This document shows positions 1 to 11,681 of a stretch of DNA of 63,523 bases, in pieces (within the stretch, counting starts at the first letter, position 1; each line of letters opens with the position of its first letter). Source of the DNA: Paraphysomonas bandaiensis (taxonomy: Eukaryota > Protista > Chrysophyceae). The notes beneath the pieces are model-generated. The model searched no databases and had not been told where the DNA came from. It saw only the letters and a program-made list of their open reading frames with translations. The translations under genes were made by a program, and so were the position numbers. Where the stretch lies: the NCBI GenBank assembly GCA_965644295.1, contig CBFFRP010000505.1, positions 1 to 63,523 on the forward strand, read 5' to 3'.

Positions 1-825
1 TATCCTTCTCATATTCTTTGGTTTAATTCTATCAGGAATAGTACTTTTCACCTTTAATTTTAACTCAGGAACATGCTGAATTCCAGTCCACTCTCTAGGA
101 ACAAAGACGTCAACTGCATCCTCTCTCAAAACTCTCAATATATCAGTTTGTTGAGCGAAATCAGGATGTACTTTTGATTCTAGTTCACTAAAATATTTCT
201 CCCTAGCCTCATCCACTGACTGTTCCAAAAATGTCACTAAACTTCCAAAACTACATGGTTCGGGAATCATATCATCTTCCTCTGACTGTTCTGGAATTGG
301 ATTTTCCCAAGGATCACACACTGGTCCTGACGACATATATCTCCTAAGTTCGTCAATGTCTTCACCAATATTGGCAAGAATTTCTATCTCATTTAAATTA
401 ACTGATTGCTCCGCACTCAGTGATGCTTTCTTAATCATGTTCATAAATAACTCGGAAAAATGCTCACAGATTGCCGGTAATCCTATAATAATATCCTTTG
501 CCAAACCGTCCAAAACATACAGTGAAAGTTGTGCTTTGTAGGTCTTACCCTCATCTTCAAAAGCAATTGTAACAGGAATATATCCTTTAAGTTCAATCTG
601 ATGTCCGTCTGCTACTTTAACCCTCAACTTTTTATGTACCATATCTTTTAACAATTTGTCCCCACACTTCTTAACAAAATTTGATGAAATAAAATTATCT
701 GAAGATGATCCGGAATCAAATAAAACCATTTCCACATTAATCTTATCACCACAATTATTTATTATCATTCCTTGCCTATGTACAGCATTGCGAAATCTGC
801 TGGAAGTATCATTGTAATCTCGCAT
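1..825 (-). CDS. pol: Gypsy pol, N-terminal part (aspartic protease), truncated by the window edge
   Basis: Same sequence as the 5' end of ORF 47939..51883; LFDSGS protease motif; ATG at 825. Confidence 0.9.
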   Translation of the reverse strand, partial: MRDYNDTSSRFRNAVHRQGMIINNCGDKINVEMVLFDSGSSSDNFISSNFVKKCGDKLLKDMVHKKLRVKVADGHQIELKGYIPVTIAFEDEGKTYKAQLSLYVLDGLAKDIIIGLPAICEHFSELFMNMIKKASLSAEQSVNLNEIEILANIGEDIDELRRYMSSGPVCDPWENPIPEQSEEDDMIPEPCSFGSLVTFLEQSVDEAREKYFSELESKVHPDFAQQTDILRVLREDAVDVFVPREWTGIQHVPELKLKVKSTIPDRIKPKNMRRI

Positions 826-846
826 AGCCGCTATCAGTGATTGTGC

Positions 847-2463
847 TCAAAGGTCATCCAAAGGATTGTCATCCCCTTGTTGATCCTCTTCAACATCAGG
901 TTGATCTCTGGTAAGAATACGTACATCACCAGGACGCTTTCTATCCCCAGGATATCTTTTCAATTGAGCTGGAGAATTACTGTATCGACGTTGAGGTGGT
1001 GCATTAATACTTGGTTTGGGCATTACTGTTAACCCCACTCTTTCAGTCATCTTCTTAAGAGCTTCCGTCAAAACAGCTTTATCATGTGAAAATTTACATG
1101 ACTTATCTTTGCACCCACCATCTTGCGTCAATTCTCTAAAACATGGGGAAGATTTCAATACCTCAGCCGCATACAAATCTTCTTCATGTTTCAGTACGTT
1201 TTGCTCCTCATCACTAACAGATTCTGAGTCAGAAACTTGTTGCTCAATTTGGTGTAGTCGCTTATCTACCGCAGACGATTTTGTTCGAAAATTAAAACGA
1301 CTTCTGAATTGATTATATTTTAACGACAAATCCCTAGTAATCTTCAACTGCTTAAAGAATTCTTTCAGAAAAGCTTTTACTGAAGGGAAATTTTCCGACC
1401 TCATGAGTCTCTTAGTAGTATCTCTCATACACGCAGGAATAAGACTCATCCACTGTTCCAACGAACCACCTCTCTTAGTCGTTACTAAAGGTATACTCTC
1501 ATCAAGTTTGTTCATCTTAGCAGCCTCCTCTAAGAAATCATACCGCTGATTGAACTTCGTTTCCAAAATACAAAGATCCTCATCAACTCGACGAAAATCC
1601 TCCAACTTGTCCATTGTTACTCTGTACGGCAAACACGATTCAAGCAACATCGAATTAAAATCCATCATATCCAAAGGTCTGAACTGATACTTCGCTGCCT
1701 CAATAACTCGCGTTACACTTGCATCTATGCATTCCAAAGGTTCAGTATAGTCATCAGGATATAATTCCATCAACGTAAACCTAATCATTTCCTTAGCCCT
1801 GCCTTCCAACAATGTAAACACAGAAGGAATTGGTCCATTGTCACGACATTTCTCAAACTCAGCAATTCGTTCCAAGAAAACCAAAAACCCATCTAAAGTA
1901 ATTTCCGACAACCTTATCTCCAGGTATGAATCATCTTCTTTGGTCAACGTAACTTTAGCCTTCGGTTGACGATCAATTTCACGAAGTGCTTCCTGAATAG
2001 TCTGACGTTTAGGTCTGACCGGTGGTCGCTCCTCTTCACTCCTGAGAGCTTGAGTAGCATTCAATACACCCTCACGCACAGCATTCTCTATGCGCGTATG
2101 CAACAACTCAGGGTCAATATACTGCTGCTCACGTCGCTCAATAGTTGCAGTTACAGGCTGTTCACCATTCCCATGACCATCAAATTTAGACTCTTCAAAC
2201 GGTATCTCCGAAAGCTGATCAACTTGTATAATTTCTGAATTAGCTCTCGATGACCTTCCAGATCTCCTCTGATTGATCTCCTCAAGACTCCGTTGAACAT
2301 GCTCATTGAACGCCTGTTGCTGATGAAAACGCTGCTCTATATCACCAAAACGTTGTTCTATACCACCGAAACGCTGCTCCATATACTCACGTTGCTCACG
2401 CATATACTGCATCAAGTCTTCCAGAGTAAGCTCTGTCTTCGCATCTCCTTCTGCAGGCTCCAT
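847..2463 (-). CDS. gag: Gag-like protein (538 aa), N-terminal coiled-coil-like region and C-x9-C-x4-C-x3-H finger
   Basis: Lies between the 5' LTR and pol; differs from the second copy at 3 residues by eye. Confidence 0.85.
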   Translation of the reverse strand: MEPAEGDAKTELTLEDLMQYMREQREYMEQRFGGIEQRFGDIEQRFHQQQAFNEHVQRSLEEINQRRSGRSSRANSEIIQVDQLSEIPFEESKFDGHGNGEQPVTATIERREQQYIDPELLHTRIENAVREGVLNATQALRSEEERPPVRPKRQTIQEALREIDRQPKAKVTLTKEDDSYLEIRLSEITLDGFLVFLERIAEFEKCRDNGPIPSVFTLLEGRAKEMIRFTLMELYPDDYTEPLECIDASVTRVIEAAKYQFRPLDMMDFNSMLLESCLPYRVTMDKLEDFRRVDEDLCILETKFNQRYDFLEEAAKMNKLDESIPLVTTKRGGSLEQWMSLIPACMRDTTKRLMRSENFPSVKAFLKEFFKQLKITRDLSLKYNQFRSRFNFRTKSSAVDKRLHQIEQQVSDSESVSDEEQNVLKHEEDLYAAEVLKSSPCFRELTQDGGCKDKSCKFSHDKAVLTEALKKMTERVGLTVMPKPSINAPPQRRYSNSPAQLKRYPGDRKRPGDVRILTRDQPDVEEDQQGDDNPLDDL

Positions 2464-2541
2464 GACTCTTAAAACAGTTCAAAGGGCTCAATAACACAAT
2501 GAATGTATAATGTATTGTTCTTATCAACAGAGTAATATTAC

Positions 2542-3003
2542 TGTAGTTGTTCTTAAGAACAACGTATGCTCACACAAAAACAACACTGATCTATAACGTT
2601 TTAAAAAGATTTTAAGTGCACGCCAGCGGGCTGCTACACTGTTGAACTCACCAGCGGGTGATGCTCCTCAACTCAGACGCAAACCGCGAAAGAATTTAAA
2701 TAAATCGTTATTTAAAACGTTATATAGAAAAGTGAGTAACACTGCTATACAACTCTACAGTAACACACACATACAACATCATGTTCAGCATTTCACTTCA
2801 GCACACAACACACCAGATCAGAAGTATTTTATCCGGTACGTATGTACAGCTTCAACACTCCGTGTATACACTGAAAGAGTAGAAACTGAATATGTAACTG
2901 AAAACTGAAAATACAAAAACACTCTGTACGTGTTAGAGAGTACAACAGAAGAGTAACATATAATACTACTACCAACGCAGAAAATAACCAGTACTGCGTT
3001 ACA
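2542..3003 (-). repeat. LTR (462 bp), 5' LTR of Gypsy copy 1
   Basis: TGTAGTTG...GCGTTACA, matching 47247-47708 and 53600-54061. Confidence 0.95.
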
Positions 3004-4800
3004 GGTGTGGTTTCGCACCTCTTCGCGTCGGGGGATTGTCGTGTGGATGCTTGTGAGTGGGCGGGCCATCTCCACTGCTGTCGGACGCGTATTCCGGTCC
3101 CTGCTGGGTTCGGGCAGGGTGAGTGTAGCCTGGGGTTGATGGAAGGGGTGGGACAAGCCTATCAGCATATAGGTGTGGGAGGAGCTCCATGAGGCTGTGG
3201 AGTTCGTCTTCTGCAGGTTCCCTTAGGTCTAGGAAAAAATGCTGGCTGCAACAGAAGATGTCCTGTGGCGTCTTGCGCGAGGTGTCTGGGAAGAAGGTGC
3301 GATGATGATCCGCCCACGCAGCCCAGTTGGGGTTGAGGAATGCGGGCTCTGTAGGTAGTGTTGGGTCCTGCCATATCCTGATGTGGAGACCGTGGGTTTC
3401 GGCCATAAGGATGATGGCATCCGTTTGGGCCCAGTATTGAGGTGGGAGACCTGTCTTTGTAGGCACGTCAGCGGAGAGCGCGATGCGGTATGCGTCAATT
3501 AATTCGTCCAAGTAGGCTATCACTGCCCTGTCTCCCACCTCTGCAATCGTTGAGTCCGGAAGGGATGCCATCACGGCTTGACTGTGGTTGAGTAGTTCTT
3601 GTAAGTAGTCGTTATCTGCGGGGTCGTCGGGATCAAGCAATGGTCCCTTAGTGGGTCGGGTTGGGTGCAGGGTAGAGTAGTCCGGGAGAAGGGGACCGAT
3701 TGCTCCTATCCCACAGAGACCGTTTCCTGGGGTTGTATTGACCTCAGCGGTTGTGTACGACCTAGCGGTGCATATTTCCCCATTCTTGAGGCAGGTGGTG
3801 ACTAGGTTCTTGATAGCGCTACGGGTGGCGGTCTCTCTGGGGATCTCAAGTAGTTGTTGTAATTCTGAAGGGTATAGTGTCATGGCAATGAGGCCAGATG
3901 GTGAGTAGAAGGCCCATTGTTCAGTGGAGTCATCTGTGAATGCTGACGTGGAAGGAGTGTGGTTTCGAGCTTGCTCTCGGGGGGGCGCTACCTGTACCGT
4001 CGTGGGAGTGACTCTCTGTCGCTGCCGATGTTTGTGGGTGGCGGGGGGACGTATGCGGGTGGAGCGTCTTGGCAGGGGCGGGTGGGTTTCAGAGGCGTCT
4101 TCGGTATCTAGGTATTTTCTATAGATGCGGAGGCACTCATTATCTGGTGGCTTGTTTGTGCGGGAGATGAGGTGGCCATCACCGTAGTCCAGGAGAATTT
4201 CCTCCTGCGGGTGGATGTCTGTACAGGCGTCGATGAAGATGCAGTCCGAGTGATTATTTTCGTCCCGGGGTCGAATGCGGGCGTTGTATACCCGTGTGCC
4301 CAGGTCCTCTACTGGTATAGTGTTACAACAGGCGCCAAATGCACGGGGGATGCGCTTGGGGAGTGGATCCCCGGGTGCTCGAAATGCAACGTATCCATAG
4401 TCCACCATAGCTGGTTTAGCCTGTATGTACTGCTCGTCTTCATGGAGTTGAAGTAGATATGTGCTGGCTGGCGGTGTGCTTGTGAGGTAGTGGCCGACAT
4501 ATGGGAATAGTGGTGTACCGGATGGTATGTGCTCCGCGGCCCATACCCCTCGTTGAGAGACGTCGTTGGTGATATTGGGTTTTTGATGTCCGCGGAGGAT
4601 TTGGAAGCGGGCGTCGCCATTAGGGTGGGCCTTGTAGTATTCGACGGCTTCTGGGTGGGCTGTTTCTGAGGTAGGTTGGCGTGGCTTTCGTGTGCGCAGC
4701 CTCCATGGGGTGGGACGTTGATCGTGGATGTTGAAGACTGCTGGGGCGATTGTCTGCCCGGGTGCCGTTCGTTTGCGGAGGTGGTGTTGGATATGAGGAA
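3004..4800 (-). mobile_element. LINE copy A: upstream-ORF fragment encoding SET domain 1 and OTU-like domain 1; 5' end approximate, 3' part cut by the Gypsy insertion
   Basis: The frame of ORF 2999..4408 stays open upstream to ~4840 and gives RGVWAAEHIPSGTPLFPYVG...GACCNT...YNARI...DIHPQEEILLDYG (SET, ~4175-4549) and PGNGLC...YWAQTD...HFF (OTU-like, ~3230-3740). Homologous to 19301-19951 plus 54913-55597. Confidence 0.8.
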
Positions 4801-5113
4801 TTGCTACCAGAAGATGAAATAGAGTCCAGTAGTGGTAGTGGGATTAGTACCAGAAGAAGAAATTGCAAGGGGGCACTATAAAGGTCTGTGTGATGCTTGT
4901 ATATCAGGTGTTGGCAATTTAGAAAATGGTGCTTGTTGCCAGGAGCTACTTTTAATCCGTCAGTGATAGAGGAGGTGTATTTACATCAGATGTTTCGCAT
5001 GTTTGCTACTAGCTAAGGGCAACCTAATCTGTTGCATCGAACAATTGTTTCCGGGATTCATATTGTGATAGTTGGACATATGATTGGATTGGATTATATA
5101 TATATAATATATG

Positions 5114-5140
5114 TGTTCTCTCATGTAATAATCAGATCTT
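5114..5140 (+). mobile_element. ~25-bp LINE 3'-terminal stub flanked by a 17-18-bp target site duplication
   Basis: GTTCTCTCATGTAATAATCAGATCT matches the 3' ends of the LINE copies at 6311 (-) and 18582 (+); TATATATAATATATGTG at 5099-5115 and 5141-5157. Confidence 0.8.
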
Positions 5141-6353
5141 TATATATAATATATGTGTGTGGACGTGTCAAGAAGATATAAATGGGCGTCGTTGGTAAGA
5201 GAACACGAGGAGTCGGAAGATCTATATTGGCTGCAGTTGTGTCAACACGTGCGTTTCTATAAATAGATGGTCATGAGGTTAAGGTACTTAGTCTCGTTGC
5301 GAGAATTGTTGTAGAGCCGGCAGCTCCTGAAGCATAGTTTTAAAAGCTTGCGGTATGGTCGATGCCAACAGTGGATAAAGGAGTACCGGTTGTTCTTGCG
5401 CATCAGTTTCATAAAAGCTTTTAGTGGAGAATATACTCCGTATTATTGGGTAGCGGCCGGTGGTGTCAGTGGTATTGCATCACAGTAGCAGTTAAAATTT
5501 TGTGTTTGTACCGCATGCAGAGTTTGAATTTGGGTATAGGCTCAACTTGTGGTACAAAAATGGAGCTACACTTGTTTATATATACCGGGTCGAAAGGAAG
5601 TGGAAAGTTCTATGTGCATGGAGATGTGCGGGTGGTGAAGTTAGGAGTTGAAGATTATGTTAAATGAATGAAAGATTCAGGAGATGGTTCCTACGATTGA
5701 TGAGAAATGGACCAGAGAGTTATAAATCAGTTCAAGGACTTCTGTGGGAACTGTTGAGTTGTGTGCGGCATCATGGTACTCTAACCATAAATAGATATGT
5801 TTGGTCAAGAGTTCAGGAGGGTGTATAGGCAATGGAAACAGTACACATGATCAGGAGGGTGTGCTACAGGAGAGCAGCATATATGTTACAGGGGTCTGGT
5901 TTGGATGTGTCGTGCATGTGGCTATAAGAGTTTATTTAATTAGAGATCGACAACCTATTCAAAGGTATATACACCCGCCGAGTGACAGCAACACGAGGGA
6001 AACCCGAGAGTTAAAATTAAGGTTATTTTTATTCAAGGACCTAGTAGGTATACAAAGCAGCAGTGCGTTTATTTCGTTTGGTTGGTTTCTGGGATTTGTA
6101 CTGTTATTATTCGACTGTGTGAAGTTACGATTTCTTTTGAAAGAAAGAGTTATTATGTTGCGAATGAGGTGTCAGCGTATCAAAGTTTTTTTTTATTGGG
6201 AGAGACTGAATGATCAGGGTGAAAGTTTTGTCAGTGTGATCAGTTATAGTTCTTCGTCGTTCTTCACTGTTTCAATGAATGCAAAAGAAGAGTTAATTCG
6301 GAATATATAAAGATCTGATTATTACATGAGAGAACTACTTTGTTTTTAGCTAT

Positions 6354-8654
6354 CTACGACTTTAGACTAGTGGTATCAAAGTTGCTAAAAACTGGGTTGT
6401 CTCGGGACTGCTTGTGCATTGCTGCAAGCACCTTGGTGCAACCATCCCTTGTGTTGGGCTTAGTCCGGTGGTCTTCCTTTGGGTAATGTCTCTGCCGGTC
6501 CGGAGCCACTTGTGGACCGGGATGTGGAGGGTGGGATTTTGATTCGTCGGTGACAGAGGATCCGGGCGCTCCAGTCGTGTCTGGGTTTCGTTTGTAGGTG
6601 AGAGTCGTTTGTATCCGGGCCGGATTTGCAGGCCTGTGTTGTGATCGAGTTCGCGTGGGGGGCTTGGCTCTAGGGGTGGATGTTGCTTGGAGGAGTTGAA
6701 GGATTGTCGAGTTGGTGGTAGTGTGAGTGCGGTGTGGTTGTGAGGTTGTAGAAGTCGAGGGTTGTGTCAGTGGTGTTACCTTGATGTTGTGATGTCTGCA
6801 GCCTCTGTTTTTGAGCATGTTCATCCCTCCGTTGTAGAGAGGGAGTAGAATCTTGGTGACAGATTGCTCGAGTTTGTGAAACTGATATTCGGGTAGTGGC
6901 GTGGAGATGTTACAGCCGAAGGCGTTTGCTAGTTGCGATGCTGTGAGTTGGCCGGTCCAGTATCTTTCAATTTGGGGTGTGTTAGGATCCCATGCAGCCT
7001 TTGCCAATTTGTTCAAAGCGGTGTGGAACCATGGGCGAGGGTGTCGTTGCCTGTGAAGTTTGTCTAGTTGTGATTGCTGTGTTTGGAAGGCGTGTTCGCG
7101 TATGAGAGCAATCTCCGGTTGTGTGCATTGGAGGAGCATGTGTGCCATGTTGTCCGTTGTGTGATCGCAGTCTGTGCATTTGGCAGCTGTCGTGAGGTCG
7201 TCCCCGGCTTTGCCCTTTGCTCGGTTTCTGCCGATCGCGTATGATTTATCCCATACGTATGCAGTTTCGCGTATGCGGTCTTGGAGCGAGACGTAGCATT
7301 TTGGGGAGTTATTGGTGCGGAGGGGGTGAAGTTTGTGTGGGAGCCTCGTACCGCTACGTGTCCAATACTGTGGGTCGCGGCTTGTACGTGCTGCGTACGT
7401 GCCATCTCTCGTGAGTGTGTACTGGTGGAGGTCCCATTGGTGTTGGAGTTCTGTGACGTCCCCTAGCATGGGGCCACTGTCTGTGAGAAGATACTTATCG
7501 TATCTCCTCCAGTGCCATTGGCCAGTAGTGAGGAATTCCTCTAGGAGGTGTGTGATTTCGGTTGTGACCACTCTGTAGTTGGTGGCGCCGAGTATTTTGT
7601 TGATCGTTGTCCAGTCCCCGCTGGCGGCCGCGTCAGCTATATAGATGCCATGGTCGTTGTAGGTCCATTTACTTTGGTCTGGCGTTCGGCGTTCGGGGTG
7701 GGAACGAACCCATTTGATTGGGCGCTGTTTGTGATGTTCTGTGGCAAGGCATTCGTAAAAGACGCCCTGTGGCTTCGTGCCTAGTGCTCTCCTCCTGCGT
7801 GACAGGGCTTCTGTGGTTCGTGTTTGAACTGCCTGACAGTCAGTACACATGGGCACAGTGGGTGATATGACTTTGGAGAACATGAGGGCAGCTGACATCG
7901 CGAGGGTCTCGTATGTGTATGATGTTAGTCCAGGTGTGGAGTGCTCCGGGGTTGTGAGGTGAAGGATTTTGGTTGGTCTGTGACTCCAGTTGTTTTTGGG
8001 CGGGAGCCACACAATTGCTGCTCCTCCGGTGTGCGCGGCATTCTGGGTGTGCGAGGTTCCGAGTAGGTGGGCGGGGGTGAGATTGGTGCGAGTGAAGGAT
8101 CCATCAGTGAAGATGGCTTGATAGTCGTGTGGGTGATCGTCGTACAATTGGAGTTGGGATTGTACCCTGTCAATGGTGTCTCGGAATTGGGGCGTAGCCG
8201 GTGATGGAGGCTGCAGCCGGATTCCAAGCTGTTGTCCCCATTGGACTAGGCTGGTGATGTATAGGTCATTGTCGAGTTGGTTTAGGTCGTGGCGTTGTAG
8301 AATGGATAACGCAGCTTGTTTGGGCTCGCCTCCAAGGGTGATGGCTCTTTGCAGAGCGTGCCACTTTTGGGTCTGAGCACATGTGGAGAACTTGCGTAAC
8401 CCAAGTCCTTTGTACTTCGTTGGGAGGTAGATGAGTGCTGTGGGGTATCCTGGGGGTAGGCGCAGGACTGCCCTTACGGCGCGTGCAAGTAGTGTGTCTA
8501 TTTCAAGGAATTTGGCGTACGTCCAGGAGGCTTTGGTGGCTTTGTAGAGGAGTGTCGGGAGTATTTGAGTGTTGAGCACTAGGAGCTTGCATTCTGGGGA
8601 TGCGCACTTATATAACGGAGATATGTTGTGGAAGTGGCGATGTAGTTGACGCAC
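6354..8654 (-). pseudogene. LINE C-terminal part: RT thumb, RNase H, CCHC zinc finger
   Basis: GLGL, AIFTDGS, YETLA, CTDC, WVRSH, ADAAA; CTDCDHTTDNMAHMLLQC. Confidence 0.88.
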
Positions 8655-9661
8655 CAGGCATGGGAGTCGGTGTCTTTTGGGGAGAATGGGAGTAGTACTC
8701 CAAGATATTTGGTGGGGAGTGTGGTAGCTCTGATTGGGATGGTGTGCGGGATCCAGTTCCAGTCTCTGATGGTGAGGGTTGGCTCTTTTTCCAGCATGGC
8801 CTCAACTTCAAAAGGAGCGCCAATAGCGATACATTCCGTTTTGTCTATGGCGAGCTGCATTCCCGTGAATGCGCAGAAGGATGAAAGCCTATCTGCCTTC
8901 GTCTGTGTGACGGCAATGGAGTTCGTAATTTGGGATAGGTCATCAGCATACGCCTTGTCTTGGCTGTCGTCGCTAAGGTCAGACCAGCAGAGGATCATGT
9001 CGAAAACGACAATCCATGCCACTGTGGACTCTGTTCCTCCCTGTGTAACCCCTCTGTCGGCGGAGAAGCCCATGTCGGGGTGTTGGAGGAAGGAGCCTTC
9101 GGATTGGCTGAGTGCTTCGAGGGTTTTTGGATCGATGTGGTCCGCCATGTGTGGGGTCCAGATATAGGTGCGGCCTCCGTCGTCAAGGTCACTGAGCCAT
9201 TTAATTGTGTCTTCGGGAACTCCAAGTCTCGCCCACGCTAGTCTGAGGAGGTTAGGTGCGATGGAGTCGAATGCTTTCTGGAAGTCCCAAAAGGTGCAGA
9301 TTTTAGCGTGTCCGGTGAGTTTGGCCAGTTCGGTGGCTGCGAGTACGCGAAGGATGGCAGTGTCGGTGCCATGTCTCCACCTGTAGCCGTGTTGTGCCGG
9401 GTGTAGAACATCGTCGTCTTCCCAGATTTGAAGAAGTCGGTGGGTGATGATGCGTGTCATTAGTTTGCGGAGGACCTCTAGTAGTCCGATTGGTCTAAGA
9501 TTTTTGAGTGATGTGTTCCCCGGTTTTTTGAGCAGTGGGGTCATGACTCTGTCTCGCCACCAGTGGGGGATGTGGCGATGAGTCCAGAGTGTCTGTAGGA
9601 GACCGAGTACCTCGATTTTGACTTGTGGTGTCCAGCTCTTGATCATGTTCGTGGTGACCAT
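8579..9661 (-). pseudogene. Non-LTR reverse transcriptase, 5'-truncated and frameshifted
   Basis: RT motifs RPI, QxGYR, DFxKAFD, GVxQG, YADD. Confidence 0.9.
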
Positions 9662-10813
9662 GGACGGCCCAGGTGCTCAAATAAGTTGAATAAGTTGAAA
9701 TTCGGAATAAGTTGAAAAGTGTCTCAAACATATAATAGGGTATATGTTACATGGTGAAGTAAAGTACATATATTTTGTTCTGTAATTTGTATGGATTTAG
9801 TTGATGATCTTAATTGATTGTGTGAGAATCTTTGAGACAAAGTAATTCGGATGTTCAGTTGTTCGTTATGAGTTATGTTCAAATATTGTGCTACAATTAT
9901 AAAGGAAAGGAGTGATTGGTATTTCGACAATGCCGGTTCAGTGTTCGACAGCTTGTGAATTCAATGACCATGCAACATTATTTAATTCGTGCAGTGGTAC
10001 AGTGTGTGTGTTTTCTTTTTTCCTCGAATGACCCGTTGTTATTTATATTCCAATGGTTCTTAAAGTTACGCATTCGTGATGGTTGTGTGTGATGTTACGA
10101 AGAATATTTGTTCAACAGTATCATATTATCAGGAGTGTTATTGTAGCGACGACATTATTTGATCATAAATTTATTGGAGATTTTCCTGACAGCAAGTTTC
10201 AATTTCGATGATGGTTATCGGCAGCAGTTGAATGAATGACAAATAATTGCATCTGCATTCTCCATGTGAGTTTATAATGTTGAAATTGTTGGGAGGAGTG
10301 TGATACTACTGTATACTCTTTCGAGAGTGTAATTTTCAAACAAATCCATCATTACTGCGAAGGATATAATGTCGAAAGAGTTCAATGCATTGGTCGATAG
10401 TTTATTTCAGTATGAGTTGGTGATATTATGAAGGAGAACTTTTTGGTCCTTAGGCACGAACAATGATCAGAGCTGGTTATATATGGCAGTTCAGAAGGTC
10501 GACTACATGGTGATCATTTGTGTGAGTTAAAGTCCAATACTAAGAGATATTTGGTTTCGAAAATTGCTTGTGCGGGCTAGGCCTTCTTGTATGCAGTTGG
10601 AACCTACTCTAATATTTGCAGATAAAATGCGTCGTTGATTATTATGGAGGAGTTTTTTTTTTAGTGGAAAACATAAGAAGGTCCTGCGGAGGATGAAAGA
10701 GAAAACAGGGAAGGATGATCTGGTTTGTATTTTGATATACGATGACTAATATATTGTTTTCAGATTATAAATCAACAATTATGATCGATATCATCTTGTC
10801 TTTGGACATAATT

Positions 10814-11051
10814 GCCTGCGTATCATTTGGGTTTTAGCCTATGACACAGAGCACTTTTTATGTTGTCTATAGGCAAAGGCCTGCGTATCATTTGGGTTTA
10901 AGCCTATGACACAGAGCACTTTTTATGTTGTCTATAGGCAAAGGCCTGCGTATCATTTGGGTTTAAGCCTATGACACAGAGCATTCTTTTTATTCTGTCT
11001 ATAGACAATTGCCTGCGTATCATTTGGGTTTTAGCCTATGACACAGAGCAT
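10814..11051. repeat. Minisatellite, ~65-bp unit x ~3.6
   Basis: GCCTGCGTATCATTTGGGTTTWAGCCTATGACACAGAGCA starts at 10814, 10879, 10944 and 11011. Confidence 0.9.
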
Positions 11052-11568
11052 TATGGGGGGGCGGTTGTGACTTAGTCGAGCAATAGCCGATTGAGGTCAC
11101 GGTATTTAATATTTATTTATAGGTTCATATTTTATGGACGATAAGGAGATCAGGCGTTGGACTGAACATAGGAGGGTGTGTTGTCATCCCCGTATAGGAG
11201 GTTGGCTGTCATTGGAGTGAAAGCTTGGTTTGATAGTATACTGCTGTATATTGCACTATACTGTGGATGTATAGTATACAGGATATATACAGTGTAGACA
11301 GCCAGCTACAGTAGGGTAACGGTATACCATTATACGGTGTATGATGACAATACGGTGTAGGATATGTACAGTCCAATATGTACAGTGGATTGGTATAGAG
11401 TAAGGGCATATACATATATATGTGCCCAAGCGGTGAGCTGTAGGTGTAATCTGTGATAGAAGATAGATTAGAATGCTATAGTCATTATTATCACAGATAA
11501 CCTCTGATAAAACAAGTTAATAACACTATCATTACTATCAACTTGTGGCTTGTTATTGCCTTACAACA

Positions 11569-11681
11569 GGTCATGTACGTAACTCTTTCCACAATTGAAT
11601 GATATTTGAAGCATGCATCCGATCATCATAAACTTCACGCAATACCAACTTTAAGAAATGCGCTTCAACTCTACTCGAATA
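11569..11681 (+). repeat. 113-bp dispersed repeat, copy 1
   Basis: GGTCATGTACGTAACTC...CTACTCGAATA, identical by eye to 19188-19300. Confidence 0.9.

Larger units (their letters stand above)
1..3003 (-). mobile_element. Ty3/Gypsy LTR retrotransposon, copy 1 (5' LTR, gag, start of pol; runs off the window start); inserted into the LINE upstream ORF
   Basis: Near-identical to 51059-54061 (offset 51058). LTR TG...CA at 2542-3003. The LINE ORF is cut at ...GAKPH, whereas the copy at ~55580 continues GAKPHRPRP. Confidence 0.95.
6306..9677 (-). mobile_element. LINE copy B, 5'-truncated (RT, RNase H, CCHC, 3' UTR), one frameshift near 8600-8650
   Basis: ORFs 8579..9661 (LRPIGLL, QHGYR, DFQKAFD, GVTQGG, AYADD) and 6354..8654 (FTDGS, ETLA, TDC, WVRSH, CTDC..H...C); probable TSD AATTCGGAATA at 6295-6305 and 9699-9709. 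Confidence 0.92.

Noticed and set aside
2642-2908. 88-aa ORF repeated three times (also 47347 and 53700)
   Set aside because: Lies within the LTR, antisense to the element, with a non-ATG start; recurrence merely reflects LTR identity
5801-6310. 169-aa ORF as a host gene
   Set aside because: Non-ATG start, no recognisable motif, surrounded by decayed sequence and ended by the LINE junction
10814-11051. Mini-CRISPR candidate (four ~40-bp repeats with ~26-bp gaps)
   Set aside because: Gaps 1 and 2 are identical and gap 3 is similar; this is a minisatellite
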